Of a DNA stretch of 64,000 bases, positions 25,139 through 34,761 are shown one piece after another (position 1 is the stretch's first letter; each line of letters opens with the position of its first letter). The stretch is from Thecamonas trahens ATCC 50062 (taxonomy: Eukaryota; Protista; Apusomonadida). The stretch is taken from the NCBI RefSeq assembly GCF_000142905.1, contig NW_013657639.1, positions 57,246 to 121,245 on the forward strand, in the 5' to 3' direction. The notes beneath the pieces were generated by a model. It saw only the letters and a program-made list of their open reading frames with translations, was not told the DNA's origin and did no database searches. The translations under genes and the position numbers were made by a program.

Positions 25139-27853
25139 GCAGAGAGCATTCTCCTCTCTCTCAGCAAGTCACGCCAAGGGAGCACAACATGCACTTGCTT
25201 GCTGCTTGTCTCCTGGCGGCGGCTGTCATGGCTATGGTCGTTCGGGTGGATGGCCATTCTGCCTGGCTCTGTCCCAAGCCGCGCTCGCCCTCGACTGGGC
25301 TCAAGGTAAGGGCAGGGGGGGGGGGGAGGGGGGGGGGGGGGCTCGATGGTAGTCGATATCACTCACTCACATGGCGTGTACGGACGGACGGGGTGCCCAT
25401 GACATGCTGCTGATGTTGATGGGGACAGGACTATCCGTGCGGACGTAGCGTCTTCAACAAGTGGGACGGGCCATGGACCTCGGTGGCGCCCGGCAAGCTC
25501 ACTGTGTCCTGGCATGAGACCATCAACCGTACGTCTACATCCTCCTTGGCACCCCATGATCCGTCCGTCATCGCATTCATCGCTTTACTCACCCTCATCC
25601 CCCTCCCTCCCGGCCTCGCCTCCCCCACAGACAACGGCGCGCCGTATCGCATCGCACTCTCACTCGGATCCGGCCCCGACGGGCTGGTGGGTGATTGCAC
25701 CTTTGAGGACGTGGTCCTTGCTGATCACATTCCGCACTGGGACATGGCATCGTCGGACAAGACATACTACTTTACGGTCGACATTCCGAACGTGGACGCG
25801 CCGTTTGCCACGCTCCAGCTCCTCAATCCGATGACTGACAAGCTAATGGGCACCTCGTGCTCGACGATCGGCAACGTGGATGATCCCGAGTGCTTCTCGG
25901 TCTACCACTCGTGCGCGTCGATCAGCATCACTGGCACCACGCCAGTCGCCGACTTTCTGGCCTCGTACACGTACACCACGCCGCCTGGCCTGCCGGCGCC
26001 GCCGACGCCAAATGCATGGAGCAAGGGAGAGAGCGGGACGTGGACCAACGGCTGGCTCCAGGGCCAGAGTACGACGGTCCACGGCGACGCATGCACCGAG
26101 TCGACGGCGCCGGCCAACTGGCGGACGTTCCATGGAACGTGCGCAGACTGCGGATACCCGAGCACATGTGGCGTTGATCGGCCGCCGTCGCCGCCCGCGC
26201 CGCCGCCGCCACCTGGCTCGACGTCCTCTTCAGGTTCAACCTCATCGGGCTCCAGCACGGCGTCTGGCAATCCAGCACAGACCCAGTCTCCGTCGAGTAC
26301 TGATGACGACAAGGTCCTGGGCATGTCCAGGACAGCATTTGGCGGCGTCCTTGCAGGCATCGTCATCGTCATTGTTGTCATCGGCGGCGCGGTTGCATTC
26401 ATCGTCCACCGCGCCCGATCGTCTGCTTCATCGCTCGCGATGCCTGCCTACCAAGCAGCAGACACAGATGCCGTCGCTCTCAACAACCGTTTTTAACTCG
26501 CCCCCGCCGCCGTCTGCCTCGGGCGGACCCACTCAAGCCATTTCTTCCCAGCCTCCCCCTCCCTTCTCCTAACTAGCTCTGCCTCTTCCACTAGCGAGGC
26601 ATGCTCCCAAGCTCAATCTCAACCTCTTGCTGCATCTACAGCGCCCGCAAGTCGAACTCAGTGCCTCTGCAACAAACCGTCGCGTATTTTTCTTTCTCTG
26701 TGGTCTCTTTCACGTGAATCCCTGCCTTTTCCAGCAGCAACCAGACCACAGGTGAGAGAGTGAACAGCAGAGACGGGGAGGGGCAGAGAGCATTCTCCTC
26801 TCTCAGCAAGTCACGCCAAGGGAGCACAACATGCGCTTGCTTGCTGCTTGTCTCCTGGCGGCGGCTGTCATGGCTATGGTCGTTCGGGTGGATGGCCATT
26901 CTGCCTGGCTCTGTCCCAAGCCGCGCTCGCCCTCGACTGGGCTCAAGGTAAGGGCAGGGGGGGAGGGGAGGGGGGGGGGGGGGGCTCGATGGTAGTCGAT
27001 ATCACTCACTCACATGGCGTGTACGGACGGACGGGGTGCCCATGACATGCTGCTGATGTTGATGGGGACAGGACTATCCGTGCGGACGTAGCGTCTTCAA
27101 CAAGTGGGACGGGCCATGGACCTCGGTGGCGCCCGGCAAGCTCACTGTGTCCTGGCATGAGACCATCAACCGTACGTCTACATCCTCCTTGGCACCCCAT
27201 GATCCGTCCGTCATCGCATTCATCGCTTTACTCACCCTCATCCCCCTCCCTCCCGGCCTCGCCTCCCCCACAGACAACGGCGCGCCGTATCGCATCGCAC
27301 TCTCACTCGGATCCGGCCCCGACGGGCTGGTGGGTGATTGCACCTTTGAGGACGTGGTCCTTGCTGATCACATTCCGCACTGGGACATGGCATCGTCGGA
27401 CAAGACATACTACTTTACGGTCGACATTCCGAACGTGGACGCGCCGTTTGCCACGCTCCAGCTCCTCAATCCGATGACTGACAAGCTAATGGGCACCTCG
27501 TGCTCGACGATCGGCAACGTGGATGATCCCGAGTGCTTCTCGGTCTACCACTCGTGCGCGTCGATCAGCATCACTGGCACCACGCCAGTCGCCGACTTTC
27601 TGGCCTCGTACACGTACACCACGCCGCCTGGCCTGCCGGCGCCGCCGACGCCAAATGCATGGAGCAAGGGAGAGAGCGGGACGTGGACCAACGGCTGGCT
27701 CCAGGGCCAGAGTACGACGGTCCACGGCGACGCATGCACCGAGTCGACGGCGCCGGCCAACTGGCGGACGTTCCATGGGACGTGCGCAGACTGCGGATAC
27801 CCGAGCACATGTGGCGTTGATCGGCCGCCGTCGCCGCCCGCGCCGCCGCCGCC
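25139..27853 (+). repeat. Direct duplication of ~1.07 kb (~25139-26210 vs ~26782-27853, offset ~1643)
   Basis: Exons and introns are almost base-for-base identical. Confidence 0.95.
25189..26496 (+). CDS. Membrane-anchored histidine-brace/LPMO-like protein, copy 1; exons 25189-25305, 25429-25528, 25631-26496
   Basis: Spliced: signal peptide ...VRVDG|HSAWLCPKPRSPSTGLKDYPCG...TVSWHETINHNGAPYRIAL...ATLQLLNPM...VYHSCASISI, then a Pro/Ser stalk and a TM helix. Introns GTAAGG..CAG and GTACGT..CAG are phase-consistent. Confidence 0.75.
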
Positions 27854-28085
27854 GGCCACCGACGCCGGCCAGACTGTGTCGGGGAACAAGAACGAGGATG
27901 TGATGGGCATGTCAAAGGCCGCGTTTGGCCTCGTCATGGTCGTCATTGTGGTGGCCGTCTTTGTCATCGGCGCCGCTGTTGGGTTCATCGTTTATCGGGC
28001 CAAGACCGCATCGCCGGCGTTCGCGCCCAGGCCCGCCGGCGAGGCCGGCACAGCAGGCGCGGTCTCGATGCCTGACCGGTTCTAA
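26831..28085 (+). CDS. Membrane-anchored histidine-brace/LPMO-like protein, copy 2; exons 26831-26947, 27072-27171, 27274-28085
   Basis: Near-identical to copy 1 through the ectodomain; shorter stalk and diverged TM/tail. Confidence 0.75.
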
Positions 28086-28250
28086 GCCTGCTGCTGTGAC
28101 ACGCCTGCCACGGCAAGCTAAACACCTTTCACGCCGATCGTGGCTACCATTGCATGGTTGCTATGCGGGTCAGAGGCAGAGCGGCGTGCGTGTGCTGCTG
28201 ATGCACGGGTGTGGCAGTGAGTGCGGCAACTTGCTCGCTTTTACTACGGC

Positions 28251-28902
28251 TTAGTTGATCTTCTTGCGGAAGCTGGCGCCCTCCTGGAGCGAGACGGCAC
28301 CGCCAGTCGGCTGGCAGAGGACCTGGTTGCACGAAGCGCAGTAGATGACCGACTGGGCGTGCGAGAAGACGGTAGTGATGGCGATGCAGCCAGGGCACTT
28401 GACATCCATGAAGAACGAGTTCGGCGAGGCCACAAGACGCTTCATCTTGTGCTTGCGGGCCTCATCGGCGGGCGCCGGGTTGGTCATGTCGAGCGACGAG
28501 AACTGTGGGTGTGACGAGGGAGAGAGGCAGAGGGTGAGCGGAGGGGTGAGGGGACTGGCAGCGGAACGGTTGGTTGGAGGCTTAAGGACGCCAGGCCCTG
28601 GGGAGGACAGAAAAGGGACAAAGACAGCCTGGTCGACCACGAGTGGGGCAGGGAATAGACAGCGGACAATTAGCGGGCATGCCTCTTATGTCAGCGGTCT
28701 GCCAGCAAGCCCAGTGCGTTGGGAGAGGCGGTGCGCGGGCATGGGGGGTGTGCGGCAGGGGGGACGGGGAGGCCGCGAGTCATACAAAACAAATGCCAGG
28801 CGAGGGGAGGACGGGTGGGGGGCTACGGGAGGGAAGGGGGGAGAAAGAGTTGGTGGAAGGGGACAAGGAGGTGGAAGGGGGTAAGACGCGGCGTACGGGC
28901 AT
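28251..28902 (-). CDS. RPS27: 40S ribosomal protein S27 (eS27); exons 28902-28897 and 28502-28251
   Basis: MP|FSSLDMTNP...[48 protein letters not shown]...EGASFRKK. Intron is GTACGC..CAG. Confidence 0.97.
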
Positions 28903-29418
28903 GATGTCTGTGGTGGGGTGGGTTGGGTAGTGAGTATGGGGCCAGGGAGGGTGGGCTGGAGACGGCAGGATCGGGTCGGCGGTCATCCAAAAATAAGACC
29001 AAAGGCAGGCGGGGGTGGACAGAGGCAAGGGGGGTATGCAGTGTGTGTATGCAAGGAGGGTCAGGGGGGGGTGAAGGAGGTGGAGGGGGTGTATGACATG
29101 AATTCTTGGTGGGTGGGTCGGTGGTGGGAGTCGGTGTCTGGTGACGACGTGGGTACATACATGAGCAAAGAGGTGTGGTGGTCGCTGTGTGTGATGGCTG
29201 CTCCGAGCAACGAGTGCGAATGATTGAAGGAATCATCGATGGAAACAATGGTCTCATCCAATGAATGCCTCTGCGAACGGATTGGCCGACGCCGATCCGA
29301 ATCGAACAATGACCACTCAGCACAGACAACGAGTCACTATCGTAGGTGTGACGACGGAGAGACAAGCCACGACTAGCTTACGCGCACCACACCCAATGGT
29401 AGGGCAGGATCTTTTCTT

Positions 29419-31383
29419 TCATTCGCTGGTCATCTTCTCCACCCACGCCCACCGGTACTGTCGCGAGTCGACGGGACGGACGAGGAGGCGGACGCGGGAC
29501 GAGCCAGAGGCAAAGATCGAGGCTGCGACGGCGCCGATGCCGGCGGGCGCGCCCGCGGCCCGCGAGTAGGCGGCCGAGGTGAGGTAGCCGACGATTGCGC
29601 GAGACGAGCGCGANNNNNNNNNNNNNNNNNNNNNNNNNNNNNNNNNNNNNNNNNNNNNNNNNNNNNNNNNNNNNNNNNNNNNNNNNNNNNNNNNNNNNNN
29701 NNNNNNNNNNNNNCGGGCGAACGAGCCGCGCGAGACAAGGCTGACTCTGACGCGGACGGTCTCGCCGGCGACAAGGGCCCAGTCGGGTGCAAACGGGGCC
29801 GGCGAGCCGATGAGCCCAAAGTTGACCCGCTTGGACGGCGGCCGGGCGCGCCAGTGCGCCTCGGCCGCCGCAGCCTGCGAAGCGCAGAGCGCGGCGTACG
29901 CCCGGCTGCCGACGTAGTCAAACGGAAAGGCGGCGGCACCGGCCTCGGTAGCCACCGCTGCGGCGTCGTCATGCCCGATGGCTCGTGCGCCGGCATACAC
30001 CATCGCGAGCATAAAGGCCTTGCCGTAGCCGCGCGGGACGACAAGGTCAAACCCCGCGCCGTAGCCGTGCGGTCCGAGCGCCGGCCGCTGGACGACCATG
30101 ACCGGGACGGGCGCAGCGAGGGGCGAGCCCGACTGCGCGGCAGCGGCCACAAACTCGGGCGTGCCCCCCCCGAGTACCGAGCCGCGCAGCGCGTTGACGT
30201 CGGCAGTCGACGGAACGGCGGCGGCGAGGGCTGCTCGTTCGGCGCTCGAGACGAGCGTGCGGCGGACGCTGGCGTCGCTGGCGGTGCCCGGCCAGTTGCT
30301 GACAAGCTGGCTGTTTGCATGCGAGACGCCCATGGCCGGCCGCGGCGGAAGCCCACTTTTGGCCGATGCCCACTGCCCACGGCGCGCCGGCGAGATGCTT
30401 GGCGGCGGCTTGCGGAAGACCAGCAGCCGCGGGTCGGTGATGCCGGCGGTGAGCACAGCCCGCGCAGGAAGCGAGTCTGGCGAGTGCAGCTGCGCGAGGA
30501 CCGTACCGGCGCCGCTGGCCTCGCCGAGAAGCAGCGCCAGAATCCGGTTACTCCGCGGGCCGAAGAGGGTGAACCGGCAGAGCTCGCCGGGCAGGAGGTG
30601 CTCGACGGTGGTGCCAGGCACCGAGGCTGCGGCGGATGCGAGTACGTCGGTAGCGTCGGCAGCAAGCGCGGGATGGAGGGTGAGCCACAGGCAGTTGTCG
30701 GCCATCCACACGCCGGTTGTTGGGCCGAGGCACCCGCCACCGGGCGCGGCAAGGCCAAAGTCGACGCCGCGCTCGCCAGACATGGCAGCGAGGACGCGGG
30801 CAGCTCCATCTGGCGTGGCAGCCAAGAGCGGGAGAACGGCGGCGGCAGCGGCGGCCGACGCAAACGAGATGGCGGCGGTGCGGACAAACGAAATGTCACG
30901 GACAAGCGCCTCGGTGGCGGCAGCCTTGACCACATACCGCGCGCCCTTGTCGGTAGAGGTAAGCGCCATGCGAACGCCCCAAATAGTGGCCATGTGCATG
31001 CGCTTGGCGTGCCACACGTGAGTCTCCAGCCAGAACGCCTTGCCCGCCCGGCGTGTATAGTCAACGATCGAGTTGGGCCGCCGCCGCCTCTTGCGCGACG
31101 GCTTGTCGGCCGCCGCCGCCGGCTTGACCTCGAGTTGGGCCGCAAACCTCAGCCGCTTGGGCAGCCGCTTGACGTTGTGCGAGGCGGTGCGGCGGCGGAG
31201 GTAGCGCGGCAGCTTCTGGAACGCACGCTGGCCATCCGTGGTGATGGTATTGGCCTCGAGCATGGCGTTGATCTCCGCCAGGCGCACCGCAGCAAACTGG
31301 ATGGGCTGGAGAATGGTCGGGTCCGACAACATACTCAGCGAGCCGGTCATCTTCACGCTCGAGTTTTTCTCTGTCCGATCCAT
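29419..31383 (-). CDS. POP1: RNase P/MRP protein subunit POP1 (contains N gap)
   Basis: RAFQKLPRYLRRRTASHNVKRLPKRLR; WLETHVWHAKRMHM; POPLD region GFDLVVPRGYG...FPFDY...RPPSKRVNF; C-terminal IVGYLTS...YRWA. Start codon uncertain. Confidence 0.93.
   Translation of the reverse strand: MDRTEKNSSVKMTGSLSMLSDPTILQPIQFAAVRLAEINAMLEANTITTDGQRAFQKLPRYLRRRTASHNVKRLPKRLRFAAQLEVKPAAAADKPSRKRRRRPNSIVDYTRRAGKAFWLETHVWHAKRMHMATIWGVRMALTSTDKGARYVVKAAATEALVRDISFVRTAAISFASAAAAAAVLPLLAATPDGAARVLAAMSGERGVDFGLAAPGGGCLGPTTGVWMADNCLWLTLHPALAADATDVLASAAASVPGTTVEHLLPGELCRFTLFGPRSNRILALLLGEASGAGTVLAQLHSPDSLPARAVLTAGITDPRLLVFRKPPPSISPARRGQWASAKSGLPPRPAMGVSHANSQLVSNWPGTASDASVRRTLVSSAERAALAAAVPSTADVNALRGSVLGGGTPEFVAAAAQSGSPLAAPVPVMVVQRPALGPHGYGAGFDLVVPRGYGKAFMLAMVYAGARAIGHDDAAAVATEAGAAAFPFDYVGSRAYAALCASQAAAAEAHWRARPPSKRVNFGLIGSPAPFAPDWALVAGETVRVRVSLVSRGSFAXXXXXXXXXXXXXXXXXXXXXXXXXXXXXXXXXXSRSSRAIVGYLTSAAYSRAAGAPAGIGAVAASIFASGSSRVRLLVRPVDSRQYRWAWVEKMTSE
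29614..29713. other. Assembly gap (100 N, size probably nominal)
   Basis: Run of N. Confidence 1.
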
Positions 31384-31844
31384 GCTGTGTGAGTGTGCAT
31401 GCCGTGGCAACTCATGCCGAGGGCATCGGCCACGGGACGGCCGGCGGGCACATCCGGTCCGGTCCGTCCATCCATAAAGGACGTGCCAGGCCATCTCTTT
31501 CAGGCTGCATGGCACCACCACCATGGCTGCAGCTCCATGAAGACATCATCAAAGGACATCATGACAACGACATCATTATAGAGGTATCATGCGAGTGGTC
31601 ATCATTGTCCATATGCCCGCCCATCACCACCACCACCACCACCACCACCACCACCACCACAGACGGTGCACAACACGCCACCAGCCCCCCATTCCCCCCC
31701 ACACACACACAAACATATACACACACACAATCATCATCATCATGGGCACGTACGCCTCTTGGCATGCCTCCGTGACTTGGCGTTCATGCCTACACACTGC
31801 GTCCAAACCACGGGCACTCCCCCAAAGACGAGTGACCACACAGC

Positions 31845-32020
31845 TGACCACCGACCACCGACCACCGACCACCGACCCACCGACCTCCGACCGACCAACC
31901 ACAACCCACCGACCACCGACCACCGACCACCGACCACCGTCCCACCGACCACCGACCACAACCCACCGACCACCGACCACCGACCGACCGACCACAACCC
32001 ACCGACCACTGACCGACCTC
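31845..32020. repeat. Degenerate CCGACCA minisatellite in the POP1/PLAA divergent spacer
   Basis: Directly visible. Confidence 0.85.
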
Positions 32021-32116
32021 CGCTTGCCGCCCGCACACCCCCCCACACACTCTCTCTTCATCAACTGACTTCTGGAGATCCCATCGATAACGCCATCCAG
32101 TGCAGATCCCGATCCT

Positions 32117-32174
32117 CCCCAACCCCAACCCCAACCCCAACCCCAACCCCAACCCCAACCCCAACCCCAACCCC
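32117..32174. repeat. (CCCCAA)n microsatellite, ~9 units
   Basis: Directly visible just upstream of the PLAA ATG. Confidence 0.95.
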
Positions 32175-32246
32175 ACAGTGCGACCCGGCGACAAGTCGCC
32201 AACCTTCCACCAACCACCACCACCACCCCACTCACCCCCGCTCAGC

Positions 32247-34529
32247 ATGGCTGCTGCAGGATACCGTTTGTCTGCACAGGTGGGCGGGCACTCCAAGGAC
32301 GTGCGGTGCGTGGCGGCGCTCTCGTCGTCGACCATTGCCACCGGCTCGCGCGACGCCACCATCATCATCTGGCACAACGTACCTGAGACCACCACATGGG
32401 AGCCCATGCGGACGCTCTACGGTCACGAGCACTTTGTAGCTGCACTGGCTGTCCTTGGCCCGCCTAGCCTGGTTGCTGCCTCTGGATCGGATGAGCCGGC
32501 TCCGCTGGACGAGGCGGACTCAGTCCTGCCGCTCCTCGCCTCGGCTGCCTACGACAACACGGTTATGATCTGGGACTCGGCTGCGGGCGTGCCGCTCGCT
32601 CGGCTGGAGGGCCACACGGGCAACGTATGCTCGCTGGTGGTGGCCCCTGGCGGCGAGCTGATCTCCGGCTCGTGGGACGCCACTGCCCGCGTCTGGGCTC
32701 CGTCCGACGGCCACTCGGCCCACGGCCCGGCCTCACGCTGCGTCTCGGTCCTCGAGGGCCACGAAGGCTCAGTCCTGGCCCTTCTAGCTGATTCTCGCCG
32801 CGGGCTGCCGCTGGTTGTCTCGGCCGGCTCGGACAAGACGCTGCGGGTGTGGAACGCAGCGACCTGGGCCTGCTCCGCCGTCCTCCGCGGGCACGACGAC
32901 GTGGTCCGCGGCCTGGCGCTCGCTGGTGGCCCAGACTCGGACCTGGTTGCCTCGGTTGCCAACGATGGCATGGTCAAGATGTGGTCGATGACCTCGGGTG
33001 CATGTGTCCGCACTCTTGGTGGCGCCCACTCAAACCTGGTGTTTGCACTGGCTGCCCTACCGTGGTCCTCGGCGGCAGCACCGTCGCTGGTCACCGGTTC
33101 GGAGGACAAGTCGGTGGTGGTCTGGTCCGAGGCCGAGCCGCTGCAGACCATTGCCTTCCCCACCACGGTGTGGGCGGTGGCGGCACTGCCGAACGGCGAC
33201 TTTGTCGCAGGCTGCGCTGACGGCATCGCACGCATCTTCACGGCCTCGGACGCGCGCATCGCCTCCGACGATGAGCTCGCCGCCTTTGAGGACTACGCCT
33301 CGGCGGCTGCGCTTGTCTCGGGCGGACAGCAGGTCAAGCTCGACGAGCTCGACGACATTTCGCAGCTGACGGTTGTCGAGGGCGCCCGTGACGGCGAGAC
33401 CAAGCTCTTCCGCGACGGCTCCAAGGCTGTCGCCTACTCGTGGTCCGCCGCATCCGGCGCATGGGTTCTCATCGGCGACGTTGTGTCGGGGCCCGGCGGC
33501 AAGGAAATGCTCAACGGCAAGTACTACGACTGTGTGTTCGAGGTCGACGCCGGCGACGGCAACGGCAACTACAAGCTTGGCTACAACCACGGTGAGAACG
33601 AGTACGACGTCGCCACCCGTTTTTGCGCCGAAAACGGTCTCCACCCGCAGTTTATCGAGCAGGTTGCGCAGTTTATCCGCACCAACGCCGCGCCGCAGAC
33701 GCTCGCCATGGGCGCAACTGAGCCGGCGTGGACCCGTCTGGGCCTCTCCTCGGCCCATTTTCCGGTCACTGCCCCGGCGTTCTTCATGGCCGCCAAGGGC
33801 CTCTCCCGCGCCGCAGACAAGCTCGCCGCAGACACCGACGCCGACGCCGACGCTCTCTCTGACCTTGCCGCTGTCCTCGCTGACGTCGGCCGCTACCACT
33901 CGTCGGTTCTTCCCACGGCGTGGATCGAGGCCCTGCTTGCCGCTCTCGCCGCTGCACCCAACGGCTCCAAGTTTGCCGCCTACGACCTCCTCCGCATGCT
34001 TGTCCTCCACCCGAGCGGCGCCACCTACTTTGCCGCCGCCCCAGGCGAGCTGGTCGGCATTGTCGCCGATGGTGTCGCCTCGGGCTCAGGCCCGCGCCGC
34101 ATGCTTGCCCTCCGCCTCGCTGTCAACGCCTTCAAAGCCCTGGTCCTCCGTCCCGACATGCTTGCCAGCGCCGATCAGCTGCTGGCTCTCGTCGCCGGCC
34201 TCGTCGACCCGGCCGCCATCGCCTCGCCCAAAGAGCTCACCGCTGCGCTCGGCGTCGTCGTCGGCTACGCTGGCCTTGCCACCGACCTGGCCGCCGACCG
34301 CATCCGCGACCTGGCCGCCATCGTCAAAACCGTCCTCGAACGCAACGACGACGGCCTCGCCTTCCGCGCCCTCACCGCCTGGGGCACCTGCCTCGTCAAG
34401 GCGCCGTCGCACGCAGTCGACATTGCCGTCTCTGCGGGCCTCCTCACCGCCGTCTCCAGCTACGTCTCGGACCACGCCCAGATGCAGAGCATCCTTGCCG
34501 ACATCAAGGCCTTTTCTGGCTCTGGATAA
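32247..34529 (+). CDS. PLAA: Phospholipase A2-activating protein / Doa1 (WD40-PFU-PUL)
   Basis: MAAAGYRLSAQVGGHSKDVRCV; WD40 repeats; PFU (GKYYDCVFEVD...KLGYN.GEN.Y.VA.RF...IEQVAQFIRTN); helical PUL (KFAAYDLLRMLVLH). Confidence 0.95.
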   Translation: MAAAGYRLSAQVGGHSKDVRCVAALSSSTIATGSRDATIIIWHNVPETTTWEPMRTLYGHEHFVAALAVLGPPSLVAASGSDEPAPLDEADSVLPLLASAAYDNTVMIWDSAAGVPLARLEGHTGNVCSLVVAPGGELISGSWDATARVWAPSDGHSAHGPASRCVSVLEGHEGSVLALLADSRRGLPLVVSAGSDKTLRVWNAATWACSAVLRGHDDVVRGLALAGGPDSDLVASVANDGMVKMWSMTSGACVRTLGGAHSNLVFALAALPWSSAAAPSLVTGSEDKSVVVWSEAEPLQTIAFPTTVWAVAALPNGDFVAGCADGIARIFTASDARIASDDELAAFEDYASAAALVSGGQQVKLDELDDISQLTVVEGARDGETKLFRDGSKAVAYSWSAASGAWVLIGDVVSGPGGKEMLNGKYYDCVFEVDAGDGNGNYKLGYNHGENEYDVATRFCAENGLHPQFIEQVAQFIRTNAAPQTLAMGATEPAWTRLGLSSAHFPVTAPAFFMAAKGLSRAADKLAADTDADADALSDLAAVLADVGRYHSSVLPTAWIEALLAALAAAPNGSKFAAYDLLRMLVLHPSGATYFAAAPGELVGIVADGVASGSGPRRMLALRLAVNAFKALVLRPDMLASADQLLALVAGLVDPAAIASPKELTAALGVVVGYAGLATDLAADRIRDLAAIVKTVLERNDDGLAFRALTAWGTCLVKAPSHAVDIAVSAGLLTAVSSYVSDHAQMQSILADIKAFSGSG

Positions 34530-34679
34530 TACATCGCCCCCCCCCCCTCCCCCCCTCGGGTACCGTGTCGTCACTCTCGCCCAAAACCAAAACTGCATCA
34601 ATCTCCCCAATTAGCCAAAACAACACACAACGCCGCTGACCAACCTCACTTCCCCTTTACCCCACACCCACACACCCCA

Positions 34680-34694
34680 CACACACACCCCACA

Positions 34695-34741
<47 letters not shown>

Positions 34742-34755
34742 GCACACACACACGC
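34680..34755. repeat. (CA)n microsatellite
   Basis: Directly visible immediately upstream of ATG 34762. Confidence 0.9.
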
Positions 34756-34761
34756 CACCCC

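Noticed and set aside
28503-28896. snoRNA in the RPS27 intron
   Set aside because: No convincing C/D or H/ACA boxes found by eye.
32117-32174. (CCCCAA)n as a telomere or telomeric insertion
   Set aside because: Short, internal, and one of many C/A-rich microsatellites in the spacers.
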